From: Podarcis muralis
Taxonomy: Eukaryota
Length of the DNA: 64,000 nt
Direction of reading: 5' to 3'
Assembly (NCBI RefSeq): GCF_964188315.1
Contig: NC_135656.1
Span: forward strand, 107,074,001-107,138,000
Both the position numbers and the translations under genes were made by a program. The notes below the pieces were generated by a model. That model was not told the origin of the DNA. It searched no databases and saw only the letters and a program-made list of their open reading frames with translations. Position 1 is the stretch's first letter; every line of letters starts with the position of its first letter. This document shows, piece by piece, positions 1 through 10,856 of this stretch.

Positions 1-229
1 AGAGTCTTGATTTTGGAGCGGCACTCCAGGGCAGAGCGCTTATGGCCTCTCTGTGCCATCTTGCCGGCCACCACTTGGAAAGTCTCGATGTTCCGGTGAC
101 TCCGCTGCAGCTCCTGCTGGATCTCCCGCTCGCGCCAAATGACCAGCAGGTCTATGATCTCGGGGTAGGTCCACGTGGTGCCGCGATACTGCCTGTAGGG
201 GGCAATGGCTGGCTCGGGCGTTTCGGCAG
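1..229 (-). CDS. Exon encoding a Myb/SANT-like (trihelix, Myb_DNA-bind_4-type) DNA-binding domain of a ZSCAN20/ZSCAN29-like gene; runs off the window's left edge
   Basis: Reverse strand reads (A)AETPEPAIAPYRQYRGTTWTYPEIIDLLVIWREREIQQELQRSHRNIETFQVVAGKMAQRGHKRSALECRSKIKT with no stop. It has the W-x3-E-x3-L-x3-W / R-N-x3-F / C-R-x-K-x-K pattern. A pyrimidine-rich acceptor (ctctctcccacttggctttccAG) sits at 230-231. Missed by the ORF track because it is open at the edge. Confidence 0.88.
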
Positions 230-237
230 CTGGAAAG

Positions 238-299
238 CCAAGTGGGAGAGAGGTGAAGCCAGGTGGGAGGGAGGTGAAGCCAAGTGGGAGGGAGGTGAA
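238..299. repeat. Short ~21-bp tandem repeat (about 3 copies) forming the polypyrimidine tract of the Myb/SANT exon acceptor
   Basis: gccaagtgggagagaggtgaa / gccaggtgggagggaggtgaa / gccaagtgggagggaggtgaa. Confidence 0.8.
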
Positions 300-550
300 A
301 AGAGAGAGAAAGGTTAAATCAGACAGAACAGGGTGGGGAGAAAAGAGCTGACAATATTTAATTATCTTTTTTTGCGTGTGTGTCCTGAAGCATCACAATT
401 ACAAGAATTTTTAAACTCTTGAAACAGAGGGGGGTATCAACAAAAATAAGGACTGCACTAGATCTGACACTAAGAAACGAGAAGGTTTTCAGCATTCCTC
501 AAGTGGACTCTGCTGTACAGCCAGGCTTGAGGCACACAATGCACAAAATC

Positions 551-699
551 CCCTGGGATAGCTCAGTCGGGAGAGCATGAGACTGTTAATCTCAGGGTCG
601 TAGGTTTGAGCCCCACATTGGGCAAGAGATTCATGCATTGCATGGGGTTGGACTAGATGACCCTTGTGGTTCCTTCAAAATCCATAATTCTTTGATTCT
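551..699 (+). mobile_element. tRNA-Lys-derived SINE with CR1-like 3' tail
   Basis: Head gatagctcagtcgggagagcatgagactgttaatctcagggtcgtaggtttgagccccacattgggc resembles tRNA-Lys with a degenerate B box. Tail ggggttggactagatgacccttgtggt...attctttgattct resembles the CR1 3' end at 16.9 kb. Confidence 0.75.
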
Positions 700-1337
700 T
701 CTTTGATGCTTTGAATGAGGAGGGTGCATCTTTCTCAGTGCTGAGTGAGCACAACCTGCTCACTCAAACTCTGGGCAGACAGAGGGAGAATAGACTTCCT
801 TGCAATGAGGTTGAGGGAACGGTAAAAGAGCATTGGGAAATAATTCAAAATGAATTGGGGAAAAAAAGTTTTAAAGTACTTTTAAAAAACAACAACCAGA
901 GTCCTTTTTGTTGGGGAAAATTCAGACGGAAATTCCCAGGTGTCAAAAAAGTTTAGTAATGTTTGCCACTATTGTGTTTCGTTAACCCAAAAGTGCAAAT
1001 TGAGCAAAGTCCCAACTAAAGAAGAATGACAACTTAAACTGATGGAATATGTGCAGCTTGCAGACCTAACATAAGAGAGCAAGGAGGACATACATTTAAA
1101 GATTGGAAAATGTGTACACTTGAAAACGTTGGCAGCATTAAGATAAATTCAACCGTGTAAACAAGTTTTGGTGGATGTACTAATGGAATACTGAATGGTT
1201 TAGTTAATGTAAAATATGCAGGGATTTATGATATGCAAAATGAACTATGGAAAGAGAAGAAGGGAAGCCACTGACATTTTAAGGTTGCGTAAATTAGTAT
1301 TCTAAATTGTAAAACAGAAAGTTTAATAAAAACTATA

Positions 1338-1697
1338 AAGGTAAAGGTAAAGGTACCCCTGCCCGTTCGGGCCAGTCTTGCCAGACTCTAGGGTTGTGTG
1401 CTCATCTCATTCTATAGGCCAGGAGCCAGCGCTGTCCGCAGACACTTCCGGGTCACGTGGCCAGCGTGACAAGCTGCATCTGGCGAGCCAGCGCAGCACA
1501 CGGAACGCCGTTTACCTTCCCGCTGGTAAGCGGTCCCTATTTATCTACTTGCACCCGGGGTGCTTTCGAACTGCTAGGTGGGCAGGCGCTGGGACCGAAT
1601 GACGGGAGCACACCCCGCCGCGGGGATTCGAACTGCCGACCATGCGATCGGCAAGTCCTAGGCACTGAGGTTTTACCCACAGCGCCACCCGCGTCCC
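1338..1697 (-). mobile_element. Sauria SINE, full length
   Basis: Minus-strand head gggacgcgggtggcgctgtgggtaaaacc and (accttt)n tail; 14-bp TSD taataaaaactata at 1324-1337 and 1701-1714. Confidence 0.9.
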
Positions 1698-1782
1698 TAA
1701 TAATAAAAACTATAGAGAGAGAGAATAGACTTCCTGGTTAGAAGGCACGCGCTAGCCCTTCCAGGTGGAGTTGGCCCCTCAC

Positions 1783-1896
1783 CTAAGTTGCTTCCAGGCA
1801 GGATCCGCCTCCCTCTCGCGACTTGCTCGCTTGGGATCCACTGCTCTTCCTCAGACTCAATCTTGCAGATCAGCTCTGGCTCGTCAGCAGGCAACC
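1783..1896 (-). CDS. KRAB-B-box-like exon (114 bp, phase 1/1) of the same gene
   Basis: Acceptor ttctgctccttcctgcgcAG and donor ttag|GTGAGG. Reads (G)LPADEPELICKIESEEEQWIPSEQVARGRRILPGSNL, resembling the KRAB-B motif PELIxxLExxEEPW. Splices in frame to the Myb/SANT exon. Confidence 0.75.
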
Positions 1897-2078
1897 CTGC
1901 GCAGGAAGGAGCAGAAGAGCAGCAAGGCCCAGGTCAGTTGGCCATTCCACCCATCATTGGCTAGGGAGATGTTCTCCATTGCTTCACCCCAGTCCACAAC
2001 AAAATGAATTCCATCATTACTGGATGGAAGGTTGGGGGGGCAGGGAGGGAGGGATGGGGCAGGATTTGGGGTTCTTAC

Positions 2079-2205
2079 CCAGCAAGGCCATCGTTGCAAA
2101 GTTGTTCTGCATGACAACACCCCCAGCGCAGGGCTCTTTGGTTCTGGTCCAAAACGGCTCCCTGATGAAGTCCCACCACTGTTGGGCTCAAGAGTCACCA
2201 CCATC
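2079..2205 (-). pseudogene. Decayed KRAB-A exon (127 bp)
   Basis: Typical KRAB-A exon length and an intact donor (ctgg|GTAAGA). KRAB-A-like segments VTLE, AVLDQNQRAL and VMQNNFATMALL lie in three different frames. The acceptor reads ttttctG with no AG, and the expected frame has TGA at 2188-2190. Confidence 0.65.
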
Positions 2206-2323
2206 CAGAAAAATACACGGGGCCAAAAGTCTCCTCCCACGGTTTCGACCAAGGAACTGTGACATGTAGGGGGGAAGCAGAGGAAACGGTGAAACATTTG
2301 GGAGCACCCAATGCTGCAACAGT

Positions 2324-2680
2324 AGGACGCGGGTGGCGCTGTGGTCTAAACCAGAGCCGAGGGCTTGCTGATTGGAAGGTCGGCGGTTTGAATCCCCACG
2401 ACGGGGTGAGCTCCCGTTGCTCTGTACCAGCTCCTGCCTACCTAGCAGTTCGAAAGCACGTCAAAGTGCAAGTAGATGAATAGGGACCGCTCCGGCGGGA
2501 AGGTAAACGGCGTTTCCGTGCGCTGCTCTGGTTTCTCCAGAAGCAGCTTAGTCATGCTGGCCACATGACCCGGAAAAACTGTCTGCGGACAAATGTCGAC
2601 TCCCTTGGCCAGTAAAGCACCGCAACCCCAGAGTCGTTCACAACTGGACTTAACTGTCAGGGGTCCTTTACCTTTCACCT
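2324..2680 (+). mobile_element. Sauria SINE
   Basis: ggacgcgggtggcgctgtggtctaaacc...cctttacctttcacct; TSD aatgctgcaaca at 2310-2321 and 2681-2692. Confidence 0.9.
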
Positions 2681-3392
2681 AATGCTGCAACATGGTTGAA
2701 GCCAAAGCCTGGTCACCCTCTCTGTTGTTGTTTTTTCTGATTCTGTGCTTCTAACTGATTCATGAATTTCTTGTTCTCTAGCGTGTCTTGGTTCTTTTCA
2801 TTTTCCTGCTCCATATGCTTGGAATCACCTTCCAGGAAGCAGTGGTGAGTTGCCCCCTCACGCCATATGTTCAAATCTCTCTTTAAAATTTGTCCTTTTT
2901 TTCTGGAGCCTTTGGCTCTGGTTAGCTCGTTCTGTTATACCTGGAGTACCTGTCTGTGAATTGGTGCCATTTTAAACTATTGATGTTTATCAAATTGTTT
3001 ATATTAGTTGCTTTAGACCAGCGGTTCTCAAACTTTTTTCTCTGAGCCACACTTTCAGAATAAAAAATTGCTTGCATATACCACAAAATATTTTATTGAT
3101 GGGGGGGGGGGAATGCAACAACTTCTAGCAGCGTTTGACTTACAACATAGAACACAACTGCTTTATAATATGATCATGGGGCAGCCAGAAAGGATAAAAT
3201 GATGCAGCTACATAAGAACGTGAATCATTCCCAAAATATAATATTGATTGTCCTTGAATCTTCCTGCCACACTTGCCATCTTCTCCTGGACTGACCGTGG
3301 CTGATTATCAGTTAAACATCTGGCAAGTTCAGATGACAACCTTGAACTTAGAGAAGAAAAGTCACTTGATCCAGGGACAGTCAACATATACA

Positions 3393-3618
3393 CAGTGGTA
3401 CCTCAGGTTAAGTACTTAATTCGTTCCGGAGGTCCGTTCTTAACCTGAAACTGTTCTTAACCTGAAGCACCACTTTAGCTAATGGGGCCTCCTGCTGCCG
3501 GTGCGCCGCCGGAGCACGATTTCTGTTCTTATCCTGAAGCGAAGTTCTTAACCTGAAGCACTATTTCTGGGTTAGCGGAGTCTGTAACCTGAAGCATATG
3601 TAACCCAAGGTACCACTG
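3393..3618. mobile_element. Tigger/pogo-like (Tc1/mariner) MITE
   Basis: TIRs cagtggtacctc...ggtaccactg, TA on the right flank; internal (aacctgaag) repeats; siblings at 8875 and 61482. Confidence 0.85.
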
Positions 3619-4758
3619 TATTGGCCTATTCTAACCTCTTTTTCTTAAGAGTGACTGCTCCTTCTCAGGCTGCACAGAAAAATCATCTTGGCTCCAGAAA
3701 TTCATTCCGATTGTGCAAATAAAATATAACTGATAGATTTCTACAGGATGGGAAATTAGTGTGTGAAAACAGTCCAGATCCAATGATCCCCAGTTGTGGC
3801 ACCAGGTGACACTCAGGTGGGTTGCCCCGCCCACTTGTCAAAGTTGGCCCATGAAGGCCAAGTTCTAGCCCCGCCGGAGCCAAAATGTAGCCCCAACAAC
3901 CTGGCAAATAGATCCAGTGTCATTGTGGCTGAAGCCCAAGCTCAGAAATTGGGAGTTGGGCATCCAGCCTACCCTCCGCTAGACTCATAGGCCTGCCAGT
4001 CACACAAACACTCATATGCTGTGTATATATATATATAATTCAGGCTACCATACCAAAGGCAGAAACCGAAAGCGCTGCCAAGAGCCACTTTATTTGCCTG
4101 ATGTGCTAATAATGTGCCATTATGTAGTTTGGCAGTCATTAGGTGGCACAGGACTGAGTTGTGTCTGGGTGAAGTCAGGCATTTCCTGTTACTGCTCTTG
4201 TTGGAGAGAAACAACCAAGTTCTTGTCTCGCTTCCAGCAATTTTCCTGTGGAAGGGGATCCTAAGAGGTCTTCTAGCCCAACCCCGCTGCTCCATACAGG
4301 ATCTGCAATACAGGGATGCAACTACAGCAGCCCTGAGAGGGCCACCAGGTTTCGGAAGCTGCTCTGAGCCTTCCGGGACACCCGACCCCAGCAATTTCAG
4401 GGTGGTTTTTTCCTCCTCAAAAGCACCATTAAAACCTGCACAACCAGTTTGAACAGAGATCCCAGCTGGTGGGGTTGGGGAAAGAGACCGCACGTATACG
4501 TTGAGCAACAACGATGGCTCTAAGATGCCACCTCTGAATTTCAGAAGAGGTTATTTTCTGTGCTGGGAGCCTGTCGCTGTGGTTGGTATTATATTCCTTG
4601 CCCACCCTTCACCCTAAGGTCTTGGGGAATTGCAACACCAAACTGCAATATTAAAAACAGTTTTATCGTCACAAAAATAAGGCAGGCGCTAAAAATGTAC
4701 ACCTCAAAAGCAAGGGTAGAGGTGCCACTTTGTGGGGAGAGACCCCTACAACTTAGAG

Positions 4759-4894
4759 CAGGCATAGGCAAACTCCGGCCCTCCAGGTGTTTGGGACTAC
4801 AATTCCCATCATCCCTGACCACTGGTCCTGTTAGCTAGGGATGATGGGAATTGTAGTCCCAAACATCTGGAGGGCCGGAGTTTGCCTATGCCTG
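4759..4894. mobile_element. Palindromic hAT-type MITE
   Basis: caggcataggcaaactccggccctccag...ctggagggccggagtttgcctatgcctg; perfect 8-bp TSD acttagag on both sides. Confidence 0.9.
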
Positions 4895-5160
4895 ACTTAG
4901 AGGTTGCAACAGAGAATGCTCTCTCTCAGACTAAGGAATTTAGGGCTTTAAACACTATTTTGATCACCTTAAATCAGGCCTGAAAATGAACCGGCAACCA
5001 GTCCAGCTGCTTTAAAACAGGTGAGATATTAACTGGAAGCCCAGCCAGGAATCTTGCCTGATGCTTTTTGGAGTATGGTGGGCAAGTTGTGTCTGCCCAG
5101 CAAGGAAGGTGGCTGAAACCAGATTCCAAACGCCTTGTTAATTTGTTTAAAAATAAGAGC

Positions 5161-5514
5161 GGGTGGCGCTGTGGGTAAAAGCCTCAGCACCTAGGGCTTG
5201 CCGATCGAAAGGTTGGCGGTTCGAATCTCTGCGGCGGGGTGCGCTCCTGCTGCTCGGTCCCAGCGCCTGCCAACCTAGCAGTTCAAAAGCACCCCCGGGT
5301 GCAAGTAGATAAATAGGGACCGCTTACCAGCGGGAAGGTAAACGGCGTTTCCGTGTGCTGCGCTGGCTCGCCAGATGCAGCTTGTCACGCTGGCCACGTG
5401 ACCCGGAAGTGTCTGCGGACAGCGCTGGCTCCCGGCCTATAGAGTGAGATGAGCGCACAACCCTAGAGTCTGGCAAGACTGGCCCGTACGGGCAGGGGTA
5501 CCTTTACCTTTACT
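5161..5514 (+). mobile_element. Sauria SINE
   Basis: gggtggcgctgtgggtaaaagcctcagc...ggtacctttacctttac; short TSD taagagc. Confidence 0.88.
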
Positions 5515-5679
5515 TAAGAGCCACCGCTTGGGAAACTGTCCCGAGACAGAAGGAAATCAGAGTAGCAAATGCAGCATAACGTATCTGGGGTCTGTCTACT
5601 GCAGGACCGGCAGAACAATAATTTCAGACTCAGTCTAAATGAGAGGGTTCCCCCCCACCCACCCCACCCACAAGGCTGG

Positions 5680-5813
5680 GGGCATAACAGGATTGGCTCC
5701 CGTAGCATGACAGTTGTGTCTGTTCACACTTATTCCACCACCATCTCTGATCAAATAGCACTGCAGGTTTTTCTGACAGCTTCCGGACTCTTCAAAACCA
5801 TTTGGACCGGGCT
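5680..5813 (-). CDS. Possible internal exon of the KRAB/Myb-SANT gene (3' boundary uncertain)
   Basis: Acceptor ttggtttcttttgccccaccatAG is followed by an open phase-1 frame EPGPNGFEESGSCQKNLQCYLIRDGGGISVNRHNCHATGANPVMPPAL. The donor is weak and no domain is recognised. Confidence 0.25.
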
Positions 5814-5918
5814 CTATGGTGGGGCAAAAGAAACCAACAATGCATGCACACACATCAGGACCACACTGCCTCTCTCATGCCACCAGCAACTCTCTCTTAA
5901 AAGTAAATAATTAAAGTA

Positions 5919-6269
5919 AAGGTAAAGGGATCCCTGACCCTTAGGTCCAGTCGTGGCCGACTCTGGGGTTGCGGCGCTCATCTCTCTTTCTTGGCCGAGG
6001 GAGCCAGCGTACAGCTTCTGGGTCATGTGGCCAGCATGACTAAGCCGCTTCTGGCGAACCAGAGCAGCGCATGGAAACGCCATTTACCTTCCTGCCAGAG
6101 TAGTACCTATTTATCTACTTGCACTTTGATGTACTTTCGAACTGCTAGGTTGGCAGGAGCAGGGACCGAGCAACGGGAGCTCACCCCGTCGTGGGGATTC
6201 GAACCGCCGACCTTCTGATCGGCAAGTCCTAGGCTCTGTGGTTTAACCCACAGTGCCACCCGTGCCCCC
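5919..6269 (-). mobile_element. Sauria SINE
   Basis: Reverse-complement SINE body; TSD ataattaaagta at 5907-5918 and 6270-6281. Confidence 0.9.
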
Positions 6270-6380
6270 ATAATTAAAGTAGTGACGTGCTAAAAATAAA
6301 AATCAGAACTCAGGCTCTATACATTAGCTTGTGAATCGCCCTGAGATCTTTGGATGAAGGGTGGTATATAAATAAATAAA

Positions 6381-6381
<1 letters not shown>

Positions 6382-6411
<30 letters not shown>

Positions 6412-6420
6412 AAGAAGAAG
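6382..6420. repeat. (AAG)13 microsatellite following an L2-like 3' tail
   Basis: Perfect aag run, preceded by tgtgaatcgccctgag...ggtatataaataaataaat. Confidence 0.9.
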
Positions 6421-6444
6421 AATGCAGTATCATACCAGACAAAA

Positions 6445-6685
6445 CCGTCATGGCTTCCCCTAAAAAATCCTGGGAGCTGTAGCTTGTTACGGGTGCTGAG
6501 AGCTGTTAGAGGAGACCTCTATTCTCCTCACAGAGGTTCCTAGGAAGAACTGATTGTTAAACCGCTCTGGAAATTGTAGCTCTAAGAGGCGGACAGGGTT
6601 CTCCTAACCACTTCCAGCACCCTTAACAAACTACAGCTCCCATAATTCTTGGGGAGAAGGGAGGAAGCCATGATTGTTTAAAGTG
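6445..6685. mobile_element. Degenerate palindromic MITE
   Basis: Imperfect inverted arms catggcttcccc...ctgggagctgtag / actacagctcccata...ggaagccatg. Confidence 0.6.
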
Positions 6686-6824
6686 CTGTGAAGACACACC
6701 TCTTTATCCTAGCTTTTGACACTAGAGGTTTATATTTTTAGCACCCCTCTTGAATGTAAGTTTTTACTATTGCGCTTTAACAATGAAACCCACCCTGGAA
6801 CCATGGGGTGAAGGACAGATAAGT

Positions 6825-6855
<31 letters not shown>

Positions 6856-7499
6856 AGTGCAGCTGAGGCCACACACAGAGGGAGGCAGAGGTCAGGCTAT
6901 CAACTGAGGATCCCAGGACTAAAAACGAAAAAGACATTGGAGTTTCAGTGAGGAAAGGGGGCAGAGTGGCAGTACTGATCTCAATTTTCTTTAGGGAATT
7001 TGGAGAAACCAGGGGTAGAAGCACCTCGCTTCTTGCCCGGGACTTCTCAACCTTCTCTTCCTCATCCGGGTGGATTTATGCAGGCATAAACAGGAACAAC
7101 AACACCCCCCCAAAGCCTCCCACCAGTTTATTGCTGTCCTCTCAGAAACAAGTTCCACTGAGTTCCATCATGCTGCGCTTATTTCACAAGCAGAACTTCA
7201 CCAACTCCACCACCGGCTTACACAGCCCCAGGGAAAACGTCCATCAGGTCAGACCACCACCCTACTTTCCCCAGCCCTATCTTAAGCCCAAACAAGTCGT
7301 TCTTAGCAGGAAGGGGGGGTGGGATCTCAGCTCCCTAATCGCCTTCTCCACTTCTTCCGATTCTGGGTCTCTGGATTTTTAGCAATCATTATTGGGGGTG
7401 GGGGGTGGGATTTCTCTTTCTGCAAAGTCCAGAGGACTTGCTGCTGTTTCCTCGCTCGATCCACCGCACCCACCCACTCCCAAACCCCAAGATCTGCAA

Positions 7500-8200
7500 G
7501 AGAAGCAGGAACGTGAAAAAGCACGTGAGAACGCGCGATCACGGGAGTTGGGGGGGGTCCACTCGCACCCCAAACTCTGATGCACTTCCAGGGCCACCCC
7601 GACCTGCCAGAATGACTCACACTTCGCCCAACTCCGGCCAGGTCCTAGAGACGCACCTTTCCCTTTTTTATCCCCCTACCTGCTGGGTGTTTGGTTTCTG
7701 CAAAAGTGACGCGTCTGCAAAGGCTCCGCGGTCCCGGAGCGCGTTTGCAACGCGAGGAGGAGGAGGAGGCAGCCTCGCCGCCCGCGGCTGCAATGGCTCC
7801 GGCTGCTGCTGCTTCCGAGGAAAGGAGGCGGAGGAGCCTCGCCAGCACGTCCACACACTTCGCGGCACCGAGAGGGGGAAACATGGAAAAAAAAGAAGAC
7901 CCAGGCACTCGGAGCTGTCGTGGCTTCCCTTGCAAGGCAGCCCGGGTACTGTAGTTCGGCCAGAGGCGGCGTCTCTCTTCGCCGCAGACTCTCTGTTCCC
8001 CGCCGGAACTACAACTCCCAGAGTTCCCTGGGAGAGAGCGGACCCGGACTAGCTGAACTAGTTTTGGAACCGGTTTGTGTTTGTAGTGCAGATGCCGAGA
8101 GGCGCAAGCGGCGACCAACGCCTTGGAATGGGGGCGGGGGGGGGGGATGCGATGAGGATTTCAAAAAAATATATTTTACGGAGAGCTGAGCGGCCAAATG
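7500..8200 (-). promoter_or_regulatory. CpG island / promoter of the minus-strand KRAB/Myb-SANT gene, with a ZNF143/THAP11-type motif
   Basis: CpG-dense region; ACTACAACTCCCAGAG at 8008-8023; minus-strand donor cag|GTAGGG at 7678-7679. Confidence 0.75.
7680..7884 (-). CDS. Candidate first coding exon of the KRAB/Myb-SANT gene
   Basis: ATG at 7884, 68 open codons (MFPPLGAAKCVDVLARLLRLLSSEAAAAGAIAAAGGEAASSSSSRCKRAPGPRSLCRRVTFAETKHPA), then a phase-1 donor. Weak Kozak context, so it could be 5'UTR. Confidence 0.35.
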
Positions 8201-8874
8201 TGCATGGCTGATGGGGGGGGGGGGTTGGTTTTTTTTAAAGTTGTGATTTTTGTTCCTGGAGGCTTCATGGGGCCTGGAAGGAACGCTTTTGTTTGGCAGG
8301 TGTTTAGAAAGTTGACACGAGTTTTAATCCGTTTTTAGTCTATTGTTTTAATGGTGGGGGGGAGTTTTAAATTATTCTATAATTTTTTTGTATATCGCCA
8401 TCCATCCGCAGATCTCAGGGTGCTTCACACACACAATATTAAAGATTGGGGGGGGGGACACACAAAATATGTAATAAAAATATTGTTAGTTTTCCTTATT
8501 GATAATTTTACTGTTTTGTTCTGTTTTGTAAAGCGCTTTGAGTGTTTTGTTTGTTTGTTTTGAAATCAAGCAGTGTATAAGTTATATAAAATAAAAGAAT
8601 GAACAAACATTTTGAAATAGATTTGTCGTGCAAGCCTATGTATGACTACTCGGAAGTCAGCCCCATTGAATTCAATGTTATTTAGTCTCTGGGGTGTCTG
8701 TATAAGATGGCAGCTGCAGGCTGCAATTCCAAACATGCTTACAAAGGCGCTTGGTAAGGTTTACCTCTGAGTAAACACATGCAGAGTTGCTGCCACCCTT
8801 TGCACATTTACCTGGGAGTAAGCCCCACTGAATGCAGTTGGGCTTCTGTATAAGCATGCATTCAAACGGCACTA

Positions 8875-9100
8875 CAGTGGTACCTTGGGTTATGTACTTA
8901 ATTTGTTCCAGAGGTCCGTTCTTAACCTGAAACTGTTCTTAACCTGAAGCACCACTTTAGCTAATGGGGCCTCCCACGATTTCTGTTCTCATCCTGAAGC
9001 AAAGTTCTTAACCTGAGGTGCTATTTCTGGGTTAGCGGACTCTGTAACCTGAAGCGTCTGTAAACTGAAGCGTCTGTAACCTGAACCCGAGGTACCACTG
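8875..9100. mobile_element. Tigger/pogo-like MITE
   Basis: TA-cagtggtacctt...gaggtaccactg-TA; same family as 3393. Confidence 0.85.
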
Positions 9101-9360
9101 TATTAGGATTGCTGAGGACTGTTCCTCTGCCTGCTCCCTTCCATCCTGCACCTTCAACAACACTTAACCAGACAGATACCTGTCAGGTGAAGCTTTCGCA
9201 TGCACTTCATTTGTATGCTGGGGTGGGGTGCGGCTTCGCTTCCTGAAATTATGTACATCAGTCAGCGTGCAACGGTAGTAGCACTCTGGGAACGGCTTTG
9301 ACTCGCTGGCTAAACCAGGTGAGGGTAGCCGATGGGTCTCAAACCCTCCATGAGTTAGGA

Positions 9361-9667
9361 CAGGGGTCAGCCACGTTTTTCAGCCGTGGGCCGGTCCACC
9401 ATTCCTCAGACCATGCGGTGGGCTGGACTATATTTTGAAAAATTGATGAACGAATTCCTGTGCCGCACAAATAACTCAGAGACACATTTTAAATAAAAGC
9501 ACACACCAGGCAGGTCCCACAAATAACCCAGGAATGCATTTTAAATACCGGTAAAAGGACACATTCTACTCATGTAAAAACATGCTGATTCCCAGACCAT
9601 CCGCGGGCCGGATTTAGAAGGCAATTGGGCCACATCCGGCCCCCGGGCCTTAGGTTGCCTACCCCTG
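9361..9667. mobile_element. hAT-type MITE
   Basis: TIRs caggggtcagc / gcctacccctg; near-matching 8-bp flanks agttagga / atctagga. Confidence 0.75.
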
Positions 9668-9694
9668 ATCTAGGAGATGGAAAACTCTGATCTT

Positions 9695-9969
9695 AACTGG
9701 AAGGACAGGTCCTGAAGCTGAGGCTCCAATACTTTGGCCACCTCATGAGAAGAGAAGACTCCCTGGAAAAGCCCCTGATGTTGGGAAAGATGGAGGGCAC
9801 AAGGAGAAGGGGACGGCAGAGGAAGAGATGGTTGGACAGTGTTGTCGAAGCTACCAGCATGAGTCTGACCAAACTGTGTGAGGCAGTGGAAGACAGGAGT
9901 GCCTGGCTGTGCTCTGATCCATGGGGTCACGAAGAGTCGGACACGACTAAACGACTAAGCAACAACAAC
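9695..9969 (+). mobile_element. Bov-B (RTE) LINE 3' fragment
   Basis: Encodes LKLRLQYFGHLMRREDSLEKPLMLGKMEGTRRRGRQRKRW; tail cacgactaaacgactaagc(aac)n. Confidence 0.9.
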
Positions 9970-10502
9970 AAAACTCATTTGTGAACCCCCGAGGAAAAAT
10001 TCATACCTGCTGGCTTGTGGGACATCTTTGGGAGAAGAAACGGCTAAGGAGTAAACCCTACACAAATTAGGAAGGGAGTCCCTAAAAGGGTCAGAGGTTG
10101 CCTTGTACGCCTCCTTCTAGCAACTCCTGCAGGCAAACATGTTTCTTTCCTTTCCTTTGAACCACAGCAGCAAGACCAAGAGTGGGGCCTTGTTATCTGG
10201 GCATCCCAGGACCTCCATATACACTGCCCTGGCTTGCAGCCCAGGGAGGTCACTTCAGTGATGGAGATGCAGAAAAAGCAACAGTTAATGAGACAGCTTT
10301 TGAATGCATAGGATAAAGGTTAGTGAGATAAGGTGGTAACTTGAGGCCATTTAAAAAGAAACTGTCCTTAAGAAAGGGAGGCTGCCATGCCTGTGAGAGC
10401 ATTGTTATGAAAGGGCACACCTCCTGTGCTAGACATAATTTTAATACTATCTCTCCCCAGGCCAAGGAATCCTGGATTTAAAGTTCTGTAAGGAGAGCTG
10501 GA

Positions 10503-10856
10503 GGGACGCGGGTGGTGCTGTGGGTTAAACCACAGAGCCTAGGACTTGCCGATCAGAAGGTTGGCGGTTCAAATCCCCGCGACGGGGTGAGCTCCCGTTG
10601 CTCGGTCCCTGCTCCTGCCAACCTAGCAGTTTGAAAGCACATCAAAGTGCAAATAGATAAATAGGTACCACTCCGGCGGGAAGGTAAACGGTGTTTCCGT
10701 GCGCTGCTCTGGTTCACCAGAAGGGGCTTAGTCATGCTGGCCACATGACCCGGAAGCTGTACGCCGGCTCCCTCGGCCAATAAAGCGAGATGAGCGCCGC
10801 AACCCCAGGGCTGGTCACGACTGGACCTAATGGTCAGGGGTCCCTTTACCTTTACC
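10503..10856 (+). mobile_element. Sauria SINE
   Basis: Full body; TSD taaggagagctggag at 10489-10503 and 10857-10871. Confidence 0.9.

Noticed and set aside
551-625. Functional tRNA-Lys gene
   Set aside because: Anticodon region and B box are degenerate (gactgttaat, ggtttgagcc) and it continues into a CR1-like tail, so it is a SINE head.
2715-2830. Possible exon GDSKHMEQENEKNQDTLENKKFMNQ
   Set aside because: Composition is linker-like but the splice sites are weak and the order is unclear, so it cannot be supported.
3969-4511. 180-aa minus-strand ORF as a SCAN-domain exon
   Set aside because: No SCAN motifs (such as LRELCxxWL or EQILELLVLEQFL) in this ORF, and none noticed in other frames.
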